The translations under genes were made by a program, and so were the position numbers. A stretch of 64,000 nt of DNA, taken from IMG/VR virus record IMGVR_UViG_3300048909_000132, positions 831 to 64,830 of that record, one strand, 5' to 3'. Positions 51,769 through 61,471 of the stretch are shown in pieces. Positions within the stretch are counted from its first letter, which is position 1, and the number at the start of each line of letters is the position of its first letter. The notes below the pieces were generated by a model. That model made no database searches and was not told where the DNA came from. It saw only the letters and a program-made list of their open reading frames with translations. This DNA is from a virus (Duplodnaviria; Caudoviricetes).

Positions 51769-52625
51769 TGCTGTCCACAGTCTGGTATGCGCTTGTCGCA
51801 TCGATGTCGCATGTCCGTGCATAAGCAGAACCTTTCCGGCGTGGCGAAGCCGATGCGCTTGATGTCCATGCGAGGGTCGAACAACCGCTCGGGAGCGTTC
51901 ATTCCACCATTGCCCCCAAGCACGACGAATGTGCGGGTCTGCAGCGCGACAGCGGCTGGCACGATCCAACCGACCGGCCCGACGACGACAGCTGCATCAC
52001 GCACGCTCGCGAGCAGTTGCCGCACCGACAGCTCGCCGCGGGTCAGCGCGAGGTTGTGCGGCGGCAGCGTGCCGCCATCGACCCATTCATAGTTGTGCTT
52101 GATGTCGCAGATGACGACGACGGCGTAGCCACGGCGCTTCAGGTCGGCGGCGATCTCGTGGATGTATTCGGGATACGGGTTCCTGGCCTCGTTGTCCCAT
52201 TCCACCCGCCGCATCACCGGGCGAACGATCGCCAGCGGCGCGTCGCCTGTGTCGAATGGGCACTTGCCCATGTCTGGTAGATCCCACACTGGAGGCGGTG
52301 CCTTTATCGGCGGGAGCTTCCTCTCCATGATCGCCGCGACGTTGCTCGTAACCAGTTCCTGCGCGCCATAGCCCAGCGCCACCGTTTGAGCGTTCTCTGG
52401 AGGCCTATGCCATTGCGTGTTCTGCTGGCGAGCGAGGTTCCGCATCTGGGTCCGAAGCTGGCGCGCACCGCGCACCAGGCGCACCGGAACGTCGGTGTAG
52501 AGTTCGGGCCAGGGTGTCTCGAGATAGACCTCGCGCTGTGCTGCCTGGGCCGCGATGAATGGCCTGACGTAGATACTATCTCCGAGTCCCCACGGGCCTC
52601 TTAGAAACAGGCTTCGGGGCATCAT
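51696..52625 (-). CDS. GT-B glycosyltransferase (GT9/heptosyltransferase-like)
   Basis: GLGDSIYVRPFI; A.VVVGPVGW..PAA.AL.T..FV..GG. Confidence 0.7.
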   Translation of the reverse strand: MMPRSLFLRGPWGLGDSIYVRPFIAAQAAQREVYLETPWPELYTDVPVRLVRGARQLRTQMRNLARQQNTQWHRPPENAQTVALGYGAQELVTSNVAAIMERKLPPIKAPPPVWDLPDMGKCPFDTGDAPLAIVRPVMRRVEWDNEARNPYPEYIHEIAADLKRRGYAVVVICDIKHNYEWVDGGTLPPHNLALTRGELSVRQLLASVRDAAVVVGPVGWIVPAAVALQTRTFVVLGGNGGMNAPERLFDPRMDIKRIGFATPERFCLCTDMRHRCDKRIPDCGQQWSRWMRTVRLPRPRSSTASPPTG

Positions 52626-52812
52626 GCGGCTTCGCCTTCTCGGGTTGATCCGCCACAACCTTGATCTGCTCGTTCTCGTCCAGCACCGGCACAGCCAGAC
52701 CGGCGAGTTCAAGCTCGTTCGCCCGCAGGCTGTGAGCGTGAAATCGCCGGCCAGGATGCACCACGCCCTCATGCTCCCAGTTGATCCAGGGCTTGAGGGC
52801 TTCCATCAGCAT
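52576..52812 (-). CDS. small protein after the capsid gene
   Basis: Coupled to the MCP stop; K/P-rich tail. Confidence 0.6.
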   Translation of the reverse strand: MLMEALKPWINWEHEGVVHPGRRFHAHSLRANELELAGLAVPVLDENEQIKVVADQPEKAKPHDAPKPVSKRPVGTRR

Positions 52813-52814
52813 GG

Positions 52815-54017
52815 TTACGGCACAGTCCCGTAGATGAACGCGGCGGGACGGTACACAGCGAGTGCCAAGCGCTCTTCACCGCGGATCGTGATCATGTTCA
52901 TCACGAAGTCCTTGTCGTTTTCCGTCGAGATCAGGATCTCGATCGACATCCGATCGAAGATCTGCGCACCCAATTGGAACGCGCCGGTCAGGAAATGACC
53001 GACCTGCATGGCCTGCGTGTCGACCACCGGCAAGTTCCAGAGGCGCTTGCCCAACACGCCGGTCGGATCACCAACGATGTACCTGCCTTGGGTGTCTTTC
53101 GTGAGTTCGATCTTGCCCCAGTCGGTCGGGTGCAGCACGTAGCCCGAGGCCGGATAGAGCGCGAGCGTGGCCTGCAACGACGCCAGCCGCAGCGTATCGA
53201 TCGCGGTCGGCAGGGTAGGCGCGAAGGCCGCGGAGTAGGCGGTCGCCTGGGGAATGATGCCCAACAGGTGCTGCCCGGTGCCGTCGCCGTAGAGCAGCTC
53301 GCCCTCCTCGACGAACTGAAGGCCGTACGTCAGGCGACCGTCGATGATGCTCCGCAGTTGCGGCGCGTCATCCATGATCTGGCGGCTGGCCTTCATGAAG
53401 TGCGCGATGGTGCGAACCGGCACGCTCTTCAGGTCGAACGTGATGTTGCTCTGCGGCTTGAGCTGCCCTTCCGACACGACCGCAGCCGCAGTCTGGTTCG
53501 GATCGTCGGTTTCAACCGCGTACTCTATCGCGTTCGACGACGTGGTGCCGGGAGTGATGAGGTTCCGCACCACCATCTGGCGCATTGGCGGCGTCACCAT
53601 GCCGACGCGGTCAGCGACGACGAGGGAGGTGCTGGGCGAGCGGCCCGCGCCCACCGTTGGATTGCCGCTGGTGATGTCCTTCAGCTCGATGCTCAAGCGC
53701 GCTTGGCCGTTCTTCCTCGACATCAGCTCTTTGACATCAGCGTTCTCGACCACGAGGTCACCGAGCGACTTCTGCTCCTCCGGATTGCCTGGACCGGTGC
53801 GGACCATCTTCTGCTCGACCGCGGTCAGGCGTTCGCTGATCGTGTTCATATCGGTCAGCGCCTTGTCGGCCTTGTCCTTGGTTTCCTGCGTGATGGTGCC
53901 GAGATTCTTCATCTCGGTCTGCGCCTTCTCGGAAAACGTCTTCACTTCGTCCGTCGCTTTCTTGAGGTCGATGGCAAGGTTCTTGAGTTCGACCTCGGGA
54001 TTGGGGTCTGTAGCCAT
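52815..54017 (-). CDS. major capsid protein, HK97 fold
   Basis: Coiled-coil delta domain; VRNLI.PG.T.S, EG..KP.S...F, IAH....S.Q...D, EERLAL.VYRP.AF. Confidence 0.95.
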   Translation of the reverse strand: MATDPNPEVELKNLAIDLKKATDEVKTFSEKAQTEMKNLGTITQETKDKADKALTDMNTISERLTAVEQKMVRTGPGNPEEQKSLGDLVVENADVKELMSRKNGQARLSIELKDITSGNPTVGAGRSPSTSLVVADRVGMVTPPMRQMVVRNLITPGTTSSNAIEYAVETDDPNQTAAAVVSEGQLKPQSNITFDLKSVPVRTIAHFMKASRQIMDDAPQLRSIIDGRLTYGLQFVEEGELLYGDGTGQHLLGIIPQATAYSAAFAPTLPTAIDTLRLASLQATLALYPASGYVLHPTDWGKIELTKDTQGRYIVGDPTGVLGKRLWNLPVVDTQAMQVGHFLTGAFQLGAQIFDRMSIEILISTENDKDFVMNMITIRGEERLALAVYRPAAFIYGTVP

Positions 54018-54023
54018 GGTGTC

Positions 54024-54923
54024 CTACCTTTTGTTGATGAGGGAGAGGTCAGACACGAGCGTCGACAGCTGCTTGAGCGCCTCCGTGCGTGCCTCACTTG
54101 CCGCCAGTTGCTCGGCCTCATCCCGAGGCGCTTTGAACCCAAGCTCGGCGATGGCTCGGGCTTGCGAATGCGAAAGGTGGAATTCTTCCCGAAGCCACGT
54201 TTCGAATTCGCGTATCGTCGTGATGGGCTTTGACATCATCAGGCCCGCCGGCGCGTCCTGGCCGGTCAGCGCGCGATGCGCATCGGTGAGGTGACCCCAC
54301 ATTTGCGAGCGTTGATCAACGGTCGGGCTGTTGGAACCGCCCAGCGACGTCTGATGCAGCTTCATGCAGGCCGCGACCGCGTCTGCCGCTGTCTGCGCGT
54401 CGACATTCCGCATGATCGAGTTCAGGTGCGTGACCTGGGCGAGGCTGTTCGCGGGATCTCGCACGAGATCGACCGCGTAGAGGTTCAGCTTGTTGATGAG
54501 ACGCTTCGGTTCGCCCTCTTTCTTCGACCGCGTGTCGCCACCTGGCGGCACCCTGAACGCGATGGACAGGCCAGTGATCGCCTTGTCCTTCATCAACCCG
54601 ATGATGCGCTTGCTGTGGTCGGTATCGAGCGCGGAGATCTTGCCTTTTACGTGCAGGCCTTTGCTGTCCTCTGCCATCGAGTGCCACACGCCGATCGGCA
54701 GCGGGTCACCGAACAGATCGAAGCCCGAGTGCTCCGCGAACATCGCAGGCATCGTGCCTGCTGCTGCATGCGATGCGAGCGTGTCGGTAAATGCACCAGG
54801 CGCGATGACGTTTTCATAGAAGTCGGTGTTGTTGAACACAGCGCCATAGCCTTCGAAGGCTCCAGGCATGCCATCGCCAACGAACGCCAACTCCAGCGGA
54901 GCTGCGAACCGGTCGTACAACAT
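54024..54923 (-). CDS. HK97-family prohead protease
   Basis: FEGYGAVF...D...I.PGAF, PIG.W...ED.KGL.V.G, GLSI.F, DLV..PAN. Confidence 0.9.
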   Translation of the reverse strand: MLYDRFAAPLELAFVGDGMPGAFEGYGAVFNNTDFYENVIAPGAFTDTLASHAAAGTMPAMFAEHSGFDLFGDPLPIGVWHSMAEDSKGLHVKGKISALDTDHSKRIIGLMKDKAITGLSIAFRVPPGGDTRSKKEGEPKRLINKLNLYAVDLVRDPANSLAQVTHLNSIMRNVDAQTAADAVAACMKLHQTSLGGSNSPTVDQRSQMWGHLTDAHRALTGQDAPAGLMMSKPITTIREFETWLREEFHLSHSQARAIAELGFKAPRDEAEQLAASEARTEALKQLSTLVSDLSLINKR

Positions 54924-54935
54924 GGTCGATGTCTC

Positions 54936-56243
54936 CTAGCTGGCCGACTGCTGTGTCGGATCGTTCGGTGCCTGGGTCGGCGTATTAGCCGGTGGCGTGG
55001 CTGTCGGCTGGAACGACGGGTCGAGCGGCTTGAGGATGCGGAACTGCGCCTCTTTGCCGAGCAGTTGGATCGGGATCAGGTTGCTCTGGACGGTAAGATC
55101 ATCACCGCCATCGAGCGGTGCGACGTTGTCGAGCGCTCGGAGTTCGTTCCGCGTGCGCAGACCATGATCGGCCAGGGCGGTCATCAGCGCTGCGCGACCA
55201 GCGGAATCGGCGCGCAGCAGTGCATCAACATTGAACTCCGCGTAGTAGACGCTCTTCTCGCCTGGGTTGAGCAACGACATCCGGATCGACTGCTCGATCG
55301 ATTTCAGTAGTGGTCGCAGCGTGTAGGTCAAAAACCACAGGTTCATCTGCTCCAGCCCGGTCCCCCAGGCTGTGCTTTTTTCCATGTGCCCGATCATCAC
55401 CGGCTGCACGCCGAACCATCGGCAGATCTCTTCGACGCTGAACGCGCGTGTGGCGAGGAGCTGTGCATCCTCCGGCTTGATGCTGATCGCATCGGCTTTC
55501 ATTCCGCCCTCGAGGAGCGCCCAACCACCGCTGTTGATGGCTCCGACCAGCTTGTCCCGCGTCTCCTCTTCGAACCGTTTGCGCTGCGCCTCGGGCAGGA
55601 ACTTGTCGATGCTGAAGACCATGCTCGGCTTCATGCCGTTTCGGAAGAAACTAGCCGCCGACTTGTCGGCTGCCAGCGATATGCCCAGCGTCTCCCGCGC
55701 CTGGCCGACGATCGAAAGCCCGTGCATGCCGTCAAGGGTGAACCCCTTGATATGCATCACCTGTTCTTCCTGCAGCTCTCTGACGATCCCCATCCACGAG
55801 TAGAAATATGTGATCGAGCCGTCCGAGTTCTTCCGTGCGGTCAGCCGATCGGGCACCATCGGCGCCAGGGCGACGATGCGATTGCCGATGCGCTGGATCT
55901 CGATGTAGGCGTTGCCCCACAGCAAAATGCAGGCGACCACAGCTTCCCAAAAGGTCACCGCAGTCATGTCCATGTTCGGCTGGTCGTGCAGCAGGACGTA
56001 CAGCGGATGGTCGCGTGCGAGCGTGCCGCGGCCATCTTTGTCGGACTTGTAAAACTGGCACGGCAGCGTCGCGATGGTCTGCGAGATCAGGCGAGCGCAG
56101 GCGTAGACCGTGCCGATCGACAGCGAGGTGCGCGGGGAGACGACCTCGCCCGAATACGTCGGTCCTCCTCCCATCCATGAGATCAAGCGGGTGTCGGTCA
56201 GACCAAGGTTGCGCGCGATGGTCGAGACTGCGTTGCGGATCAT
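54936..56243 (-). CDS. portal protein, HK97 family
   Basis: VYAC...I...IA.LP, PN..M....F, W.GN, G.S.V, F.NG..P, EI.RWFGV.P..IG. Confidence 0.95.
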   Translation of the reverse strand: MIRNAVSTIARNLGLTDTRLISWMGGGPTYSGEVVSPRTSLSIGTVYACARLISQTIATLPCQFYKSDKDGRGTLARDHPLYVLLHDQPNMDMTAVTFWEAVVACILLWGNAYIEIQRIGNRIVALAPMVPDRLTARKNSDGSITYFYSWMGIVRELQEEQVMHIKGFTLDGMHGLSIVGQARETLGISLAADKSAASFFRNGMKPSMVFSIDKFLPEAQRKRFEEETRDKLVGAINSGGWALLEGGMKADAISIKPEDAQLLATRAFSVEEICRWFGVQPVMIGHMEKSTAWGTGLEQMNLWFLTYTLRPLLKSIEQSIRMSLLNPGEKSVYYAEFNVDALLRADSAGRAALMTALADHGLRTRNELRALDNVAPLDGGDDLTVQSNLIPIQLLGKEAQFRILKPLDPSFQPTATPPANTPTQAPNDPTQQSAS

Positions 56244-56307
56244 GCCCAATGTCAGCGCCTCCCGACCCGTGTATTGGCCCGCGCCGGGTCAGGCCCCCCG
56301 TCAGACG

Positions 56308-56532
56308 TCAGTCGGCAGGCGCTGCCCTGGTCGCCTGCTCGGGTTCCGGTGCGGTGCTGGTCTGAGCGCGCATCGAGTCCTGAACCTGACGATGGATGCT
56401 CACCATCAGCGGGTTCACTTCGTTCCACGGTTGCTTGCCGATGTAGTCCAGCACAGCGCCCCATTGTCCGATCGACAGCGTCACCATGGCGGGCAAATGC
56501 GTGGGATCCTGCTGTTGCAGTGTCGCGCTCAT
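56308..56532 (-). CDS. small helical protein, fibre-chaperone-like
   Basis: TLSI.QW.AVL..IGKQPW.EV..L...I..Q pattern commonly follows fibre genes. Confidence 0.55.
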   Translation of the reverse strand: MSATLQQQDPTHLPAMVTLSIGQWGAVLDYIGKQPWNEVNPLMVSIHRQVQDSMRAQTSTAPEPEQATRAAPAD

Positions 56533-56555
56533 GTCTCGCACCTTCTTAGTTTCGA

Positions 56556-58547
56556 TCAGGCAGTTGTGGTGTCGGTGGCGAACCCGGCGGCGACCAGAAC
56601 GGCGATGACGCTGGCGAGCGCGGTGTTGCCGCCCTTGGCGCCAGTCAAAGCGGGCTGCGACGTGGGCGCGACATGGCCGAACACGCCGAGGCCGGTCGAG
56701 ATCCGCGCCGAGCCGGTGACCTGTAGCTTGTCGACGCCGTTGTCGGTGGTGCTGGCAAGCAGCAGGTTGCCCGAGCCAGCGAACCGCGCCACTTCGGCGG
56801 TCGTGGTCGTCGTGTTGGGCGTGGTGCGGAACGCGATCCCGGTGCCCTGTGCGGTGTCGGTCCAAACCTCCATAGTGGTGATCTGCACCGACCCACGCGG
56901 CGCGGCGGAAAACCCGGTGGTGCCGTAGCCGCCGCCACTCAGGGAACTAAGTGCGGAGCCAACGGCGCTGGCGGATGGCGCGGCCCGTGTGCCTCCTGTT
57001 CGATAGCCGATCCACTGCGGCGCGCTGGCAGTGCCGAAACCCATCAGCACGGAACTCGGCGCGGCGTTATCCGCCACACTGATCGTCAAACCTGGCGTCT
57101 GCGGTATGGCTGGCAGATTGCCACTGCCGGTGTCGATCAGCAGATTGCCGCTGCAAGTGACTTGCGGATAGAATTGCACCGACGTGTTGTTGAGCTGTGC
57201 CCAGGTGGTGAGCAAATTACCGCTGGCGTCCCACGTCCCCAGATACATGCCGGGTGCATTGCCAGCACCGGCACCGGAGGCCAGCCCGAAATAGTTGGTG
57301 TTGCCGCCGCTGCTGTTCTGGAACCATAGCGCGGCGGTGTAGGGCAACAGACCGTTATATGAAATGATGGATCGGACGTTTGTACTCGCGGTCGCCGTGC
57401 CGACACGCGCGGAGCCGTTGACGTCGAGCCTGTAGCCGGTGTTGCCCGCGATGCCGATCTGGAGGTTCCCGTTGATGAACCGCGCCCACTCGGCCACGGT
57501 GGCAGAGCCGGCAGGCGTCCCCAAGATGAGAATGTTGGTCCCGTGTGCCGTGTCGGACCAGGTTTCCGCCGTGGTGTAGTTGATCTCGGCAGCGGCAGCC
57601 GCTGCGGTCGTCCCGTTGCCCCAGCCACGTACCGCGAGCAGCTTGCGGCCTGCTGCCGTCACGCTTGGCGCTGCGCGGGTGCCTCCGAAGTTCATTCCAT
57701 CGATCGCGCTGTTCGCGGTGCCGAATGAAATGACGACCGACCTGACCGTCCCGGCATCAGGCCCAGTGACCACCAGCGATGATCCCGTCGGGAACGCGGC
57801 GGTAAAGGCGCCACCCGCGCCAGTGTCGGATATCAGCGCAGGATTGACACCGTCCGACTGCACGAACCGGCCAATGCCGGTCACGTTCAGCTTGTATCCG
57901 GCATCGGCCAGCGTGCCGCCGAGCAACAGGTTGCCGCTGCTCGCCAGCCGCATCACTTCCGTCTGGGCCGTCGCGCCAGAGGCGGTCACAAACCAACTGA
58001 ACCGCGTCGGGTTGCTGGTCAGTGACCAGGCTGCGTCTGTGGCGAGAACGAATGACGCGCGCGAGCCACCGGAATAGGCGGTGCCATCGTGCCCCTGGTA
58101 GTTGATCGACCCGAGACTGGCGCCGCTCGATAGCGCTGTCGGGGTCGCCGCGGTGCCACCGGCTTTGCGGAATGTGATCTGTCCGTTGCCGCCGAAACTA
58201 TCGATCGCGATGCGCGGGAAACCGGCATCAGCGCCAGTGATCTGTAGCGCCGTGTTCGTGAGCAGCGGTGGCGCGGCTGCCGGATTGGCAGTGAGTGTCA
58301 CCAGTCCTGTGATCGTGCCGCCGATCAGCGGCAGCACAGCGGTCCACGAGCGATACTGGCGACCGTAGGTGCCGCCATCATTCGGCGCGTCGGTCAGCCC
58401 GCCTTGCCAGTTGGCGATGACATCGATCGCCGCCGGCGGATCAGGTGTCGGGAGCGGCACGTCGATCGTGTAGCCATCAGTCGCGACGCTGACGACGGCG
58501 ATCGGCTGCGTCGGTGCGACATCAACCGCGACGACATGACCGCTCAT
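56556..58547 (-). CDS. fibre/spike protein (663 aa)
   Basis: Three repeats of F...G.GT.AAP.A..G..L....G; E..R....GNL.IG; YKL.V.G motifs. Confidence 0.75.
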   Translation of the reverse strand: MSGHVVAVDVAPTQPIAVVSVATDGYTIDVPLPTPDPPAAIDVIANWQGGLTDAPNDGGTYGRQYRSWTAVLPLIGGTITGLVTLTANPAAAPPLLTNTALQITGADAGFPRIAIDSFGGNGQITFRKAGGTAATPTALSSGASLGSINYQGHDGTAYSGGSRASFVLATDAAWSLTSNPTRFSWFVTASGATAQTEVMRLASSGNLLLGGTLADAGYKLNVTGIGRFVQSDGVNPALISDTGAGGAFTAAFPTGSSLVVTGPDAGTVRSVVISFGTANSAIDGMNFGGTRAAPSVTAAGRKLLAVRGWGNGTTAAAAAAEINYTTAETWSDTAHGTNILILGTPAGSATVAEWARFINGNLQIGIAGNTGYRLDVNGSARVGTATASTNVRSIISYNGLLPYTAALWFQNSSGGNTNYFGLASGAGAGNAPGMYLGTWDASGNLLTTWAQLNNTSVQFYPQVTCSGNLLIDTGSGNLPAIPQTPGLTISVADNAAPSSVLMGFGTASAPQWIGYRTGGTRAAPSASAVGSALSSLSGGGYGTTGFSAAPRGSVQITTMEVWTDTAQGTGIAFRTTPNTTTTTAEVARFAGSGNLLLASTTDNGVDKLQVTGSARISTGLGVFGHVAPTSQPALTGAKGGNTALASVIAVLVAAGFATDTTTA

Positions 58548-58951
58548 GGCACTGGTCGCCCTGGAATCACCGGTTGCTGTGGTGGAGCGGCAGCCGCTGT
58601 CGCCATCATCGAAGCCGAGTCGGTCACGTCAATCGTCACGGTCACCGGTCCCACCAGCACCGTCGCGACGTCCGAGTTCGTGTAAGTCAGCTGGAGATCC
58701 CAGGTGCCGCCAGTCTTCGGCAGCAATGCGCTGTTGGTCGCAGGCAGCGACACCACGGCGATGTTCGGTGTGGTGATCGTCACCACCATCGACGTGATCA
58801 AGGTGCCGCCAGGTGCGGAGCGGATCTCGGCTTTGCCGGTGACACCGGTCAAATCGGCGGGGACCGTCTTGCCGCTGTCCTGCCACATGGTGAGCTGCCA
58901 CCGGTAGCTGTCGCCCCGGTAGATATCGAGCGGTAGCGAACCGGGTGTCAT
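58544..58951 (-). CDS. BppU-N-like Ig-fold adaptor
   Basis: L.IYRGDS, DLTG....AEIR, WDLQ, G.V.V..DVT. Confidence 0.6.
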   Translation of the reverse strand: MTPGSLPLDIYRGDSYRWQLTMWQDSGKTVPADLTGVTGKAEIRSAPGGTLITSMVVTITTPNIAVVSLPATNSALLPKTGGTWDLQLTYTNSDVATVLVGPVTVTIDVTDSASMMATAAAAPPQQPVIPGRPVP

Positions 58952-58964
58952 GCCGCCCTCACTT

Positions 58965-60707
58965 TCAGGCCAGGATGGGACGTCCGAGGAAGCCCTCCCA
59001 ACCGGCGGTTTCGTCGTCGAGCATCCAGCACCCGATCGCCATGATGAGAGCCGCCATGCCGTCGATGCGCCCGGTCGACTTCTTCTTTGTCGGCATCTGG
59101 TTTTGGTTCTTGTCCGTTTCGACATGCATGTTGGACGCCATCCATGCCAGGACTTCGTTGTCGCCATGGTCGAGCTTCTCGCTCAACAGCCACGCTTCCA
59201 GTTCTTTTGTCGGGGCGTTGTAGGAGCGAAATCCCTGGATGAACTTGAGCATTGGCAACCCTTCGCCTTCCAGCGCGACCGTGAGCTGAATGGCGTTCCA
59301 GGGGTCGAAGGCGATGCTGCGCGGCTCGCAGATCCGGCAATCTTCCAAGACGGCAGCCTGCACCTCGCCATGGTCAATGACATTGCCCTCGGTCACCTCG
59401 ATCAAACCGTTGTCGATCCATCGTCGGTACTGCACCTGGTCGCGATCGGACTTGGCCGCGACGGTGTCGGACGGCATCCAAAAGCGCGGCACCACCTTCC
59501 AGCGCTTCTCGCCCTCGATCGGCGGGAACAACTTGACCCATGCGGACAGATCGACGCTCGTCGACAGATCCAGACCGCCATAGAAGGGGCGGCCCATCAG
59601 CTCGGCTGGATCGAACACACCCAGGCTGTTCTTGCGCCACACGTCCATGTCGATCGCGCGATGCGTGTCGGAGGTACGCATGTTCAATCGCAGGCGCTTG
59701 AATGCGATGAGCGCCGGCGGGCTACGCGCGGCCTTCAGAGCCTGCCGCCGCAAGTCGTCCATCTTCACCGACACGCCGAGATTTGGATTCGCTTTGATCC
59801 AGCACTTCGGATCGTCCCAACGGTCGCCCTGGTCGAGCGTTGCGATGAACGCGAAGTAGCTGTCGTCCTTGACGACGCCCTCGACCACCTGTGTCGCGTA
59901 GGCATGTTCCGCGGCGTAGACGCTCTCGGGGTTGTCGTCCCCGGCTGTCGTTATGATCCACAACAGCGGCTGGCGCCTCGCGCCCACGGCGGTGTCCAGC
60001 ACGTCCAGCACGGCCCGCGACTTGTGACGGTGCAGCTCGTCGATCACCACCAGATGCGGGTTCAGCCCGTCCAGCGTGCGCTCGTCCGATGACAACGGCA
60101 CGAAGCTCGAGAGCGTGGCATCGACCGCGAGGACTCTGGTGAGAACCTTCACCTTCCGCAGCAGTTGCGGAGAGCGCTGCACCATCCTCCTGGCCTCGTC
60201 GAAGACCAACCTCGCTTGGTCTTTCTTGGTGGCGGCGGAATAAACCTCGGCCCCCGGCTCATCGTCGGCAACGAGGCCTTTGAGCGCGACCGCCGCGGCG
60301 TCGGTGCTCTTGCCGTTCTTGCGCGCCACCTCCTCGTAGACGGTCCTGAACCGTCGTTCGCCGGTCTTGAGGAACCAGCCATAGACACTGCCGCGAATGA
60401 ACTTCTGCCACGGCTCGAGACGAACCGGCTTGCCAGCCCACTCACCTTTCGAGTGGACGAGGAAGCGGTTGAATTCGATGCCGTGGATCGCGGTGCCAGG
60501 TCGCCACTCCAGGCCGCGCTTCGGTCCCTCTACGAGATCCCTGAAGTGACGTTCGCAGGCGAGCCGCACCAAGCGGCCAGCAACGATCTTCCCCTTGATG
60601 ACGTCCCAGGCGTACGCGCTGACCGGATCGACGTCAGTGGACGGCTTTCGATCTGGGAGTACGAGCAAGGTAGTCGTCGATGCTCTCTTCGCCGGTCGCC
60701 GGGGCAT
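58965..60707 (-). CDS. terL: terminase large subunit
   Basis: KGEWAG.P..LEPWQ.FI, RKNGKST, DELH, TTAG, GLDLS...DL, IDG..ALIMA. Confidence 0.95.
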   Translation of the reverse strand: MPRRPAKRASTTTLLVLPDRKPSTDVDPVSAYAWDVIKGKIVAGRLVRLACERHFRDLVEGPKRGLEWRPGTAIHGIEFNRFLVHSKGEWAGKPVRLEPWQKFIRGSVYGWFLKTGERRFRTVYEEVARKNGKSTDAAAVALKGLVADDEPGAEVYSAATKKDQARLVFDEARRMVQRSPQLLRKVKVLTRVLAVDATLSSFVPLSSDERTLDGLNPHLVVIDELHRHKSRAVLDVLDTAVGARRQPLLWIITTAGDDNPESVYAAEHAYATQVVEGVVKDDSYFAFIATLDQGDRWDDPKCWIKANPNLGVSVKMDDLRRQALKAARSPPALIAFKRLRLNMRTSDTHRAIDMDVWRKNSLGVFDPAELMGRPFYGGLDLSTSVDLSAWVKLFPPIEGEKRWKVVPRFWMPSDTVAAKSDRDQVQYRRWIDNGLIEVTEGNVIDHGEVQAAVLEDCRICEPRSIAFDPWNAIQLTVALEGEGLPMLKFIQGFRSYNAPTKELEAWLLSEKLDHGDNEVLAWMASNMHVETDKNQNQMPTKKKSTGRIDGMAALIMAIGCWMLDDETAGWEGFLGRPILA

Positions 60708-61173
60708 GCGTTGATCCGTTCAGCTCCCCGCCACCCAGAGTGAGGCCGATCCGGGGACGCGCAGTAGGCGAGAAGCCAAGCTTCTCCGCAGCCTTCGACA
60801 GGATCTCGGCTTGCCGGTTGATGATCGGGATGTAGGGCGACTGTTGCTGGTGTCCGTTCGGCGTCGTCACCAAGAGAGCTGTGGCGCCCTCGGCACTATC
60901 GAGCAGCTCCTGGGCCGCGACCGCCCTGCGGTAATAGCAATACGCGACCGCCCAGACCTCGAGGATCGACGCATCGATCGCCTTCAGCATGCCTGGGGGC
61001 GAATTCGCCACGGCATAGTTCCAGGCAGCGCGCTGCTCGGCGGTGAGGTGGGCTGGTGCGGAGTCGGACTCTACCGACAGGTCGCCCTCGGGGACCGGCT
61101 CATGTTCGTTGATCGGTTGGTCCGAGTGGTGTAGCCGTTTCAGGACCGTGGGCTTGGGTTTACGCCCTCTCAT
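60634..61173 (-). CDS. terS: terminase small subunit (P27 family)
   Basis: MRGRKPKPT, AP.HL, NG..Q.SP, LGFSP.AR. Confidence 0.9.
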   Translation of the reverse strand: MRGRKPKPTVLKRLHHSDQPINEHEPVPEGDLSVESDSAPAHLTAEQRAAWNYAVANSPPGMLKAIDASILEVWAVAYCYYRRAVAAQELLDSAEGATALLVTTPNGHQQQSPYIPIINRQAEILSKAAEKLGFSPTARPRIGLTLGGGELNGSTHAPATGEESIDDYLARTPRSKAVH

Positions 61174-61239
61174 CGGGGAGTTCCTGTCGCTCTCGGTGAC
61201 GGGCAGTGGGTGTTCTTGGCCGGGTGCCCGCTGCTCGTT

Positions 61240-61449
61240 TTACCGCAGCGGCAGCACCCGCACGTAGCCCACGCCATCGAGCAGCACGATCAGCACGCAC
61301 AGCAGGCAGATCAGCACGACGATCACGCGGACAATCTTTCGCATCGGCTCGGGCACGCCGAGCTGATCGATCGCCCACAGGATCACCGCGCCGACCAGCA
61401 CGATGCACAGGATGTAGATCAGCACGTAGAGCAGTCCGATCATCGCCAC
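61240..61449 (-). CDS. small two-transmembrane protein
   Basis: Two long hydrophobic helices joined by QLGVPEPMRK. Confidence 0.75.
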   Translation of the reverse strand: MAMIGLLYVLIYILCIVLVGAVILWAIDQLGVPEPMRKIVRVIVVLICLLCVLIVLLDGVGYVRVLPLR

Positions 61450-61471
61450 GCCCTCGCTTCAATCGGCGTTC

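Noticed and set aside
52974-56928. Long + strand ORFs opposite the capsid, protease and portal genes
   Set aside because: Antisense shadows of well-supported structural genes.
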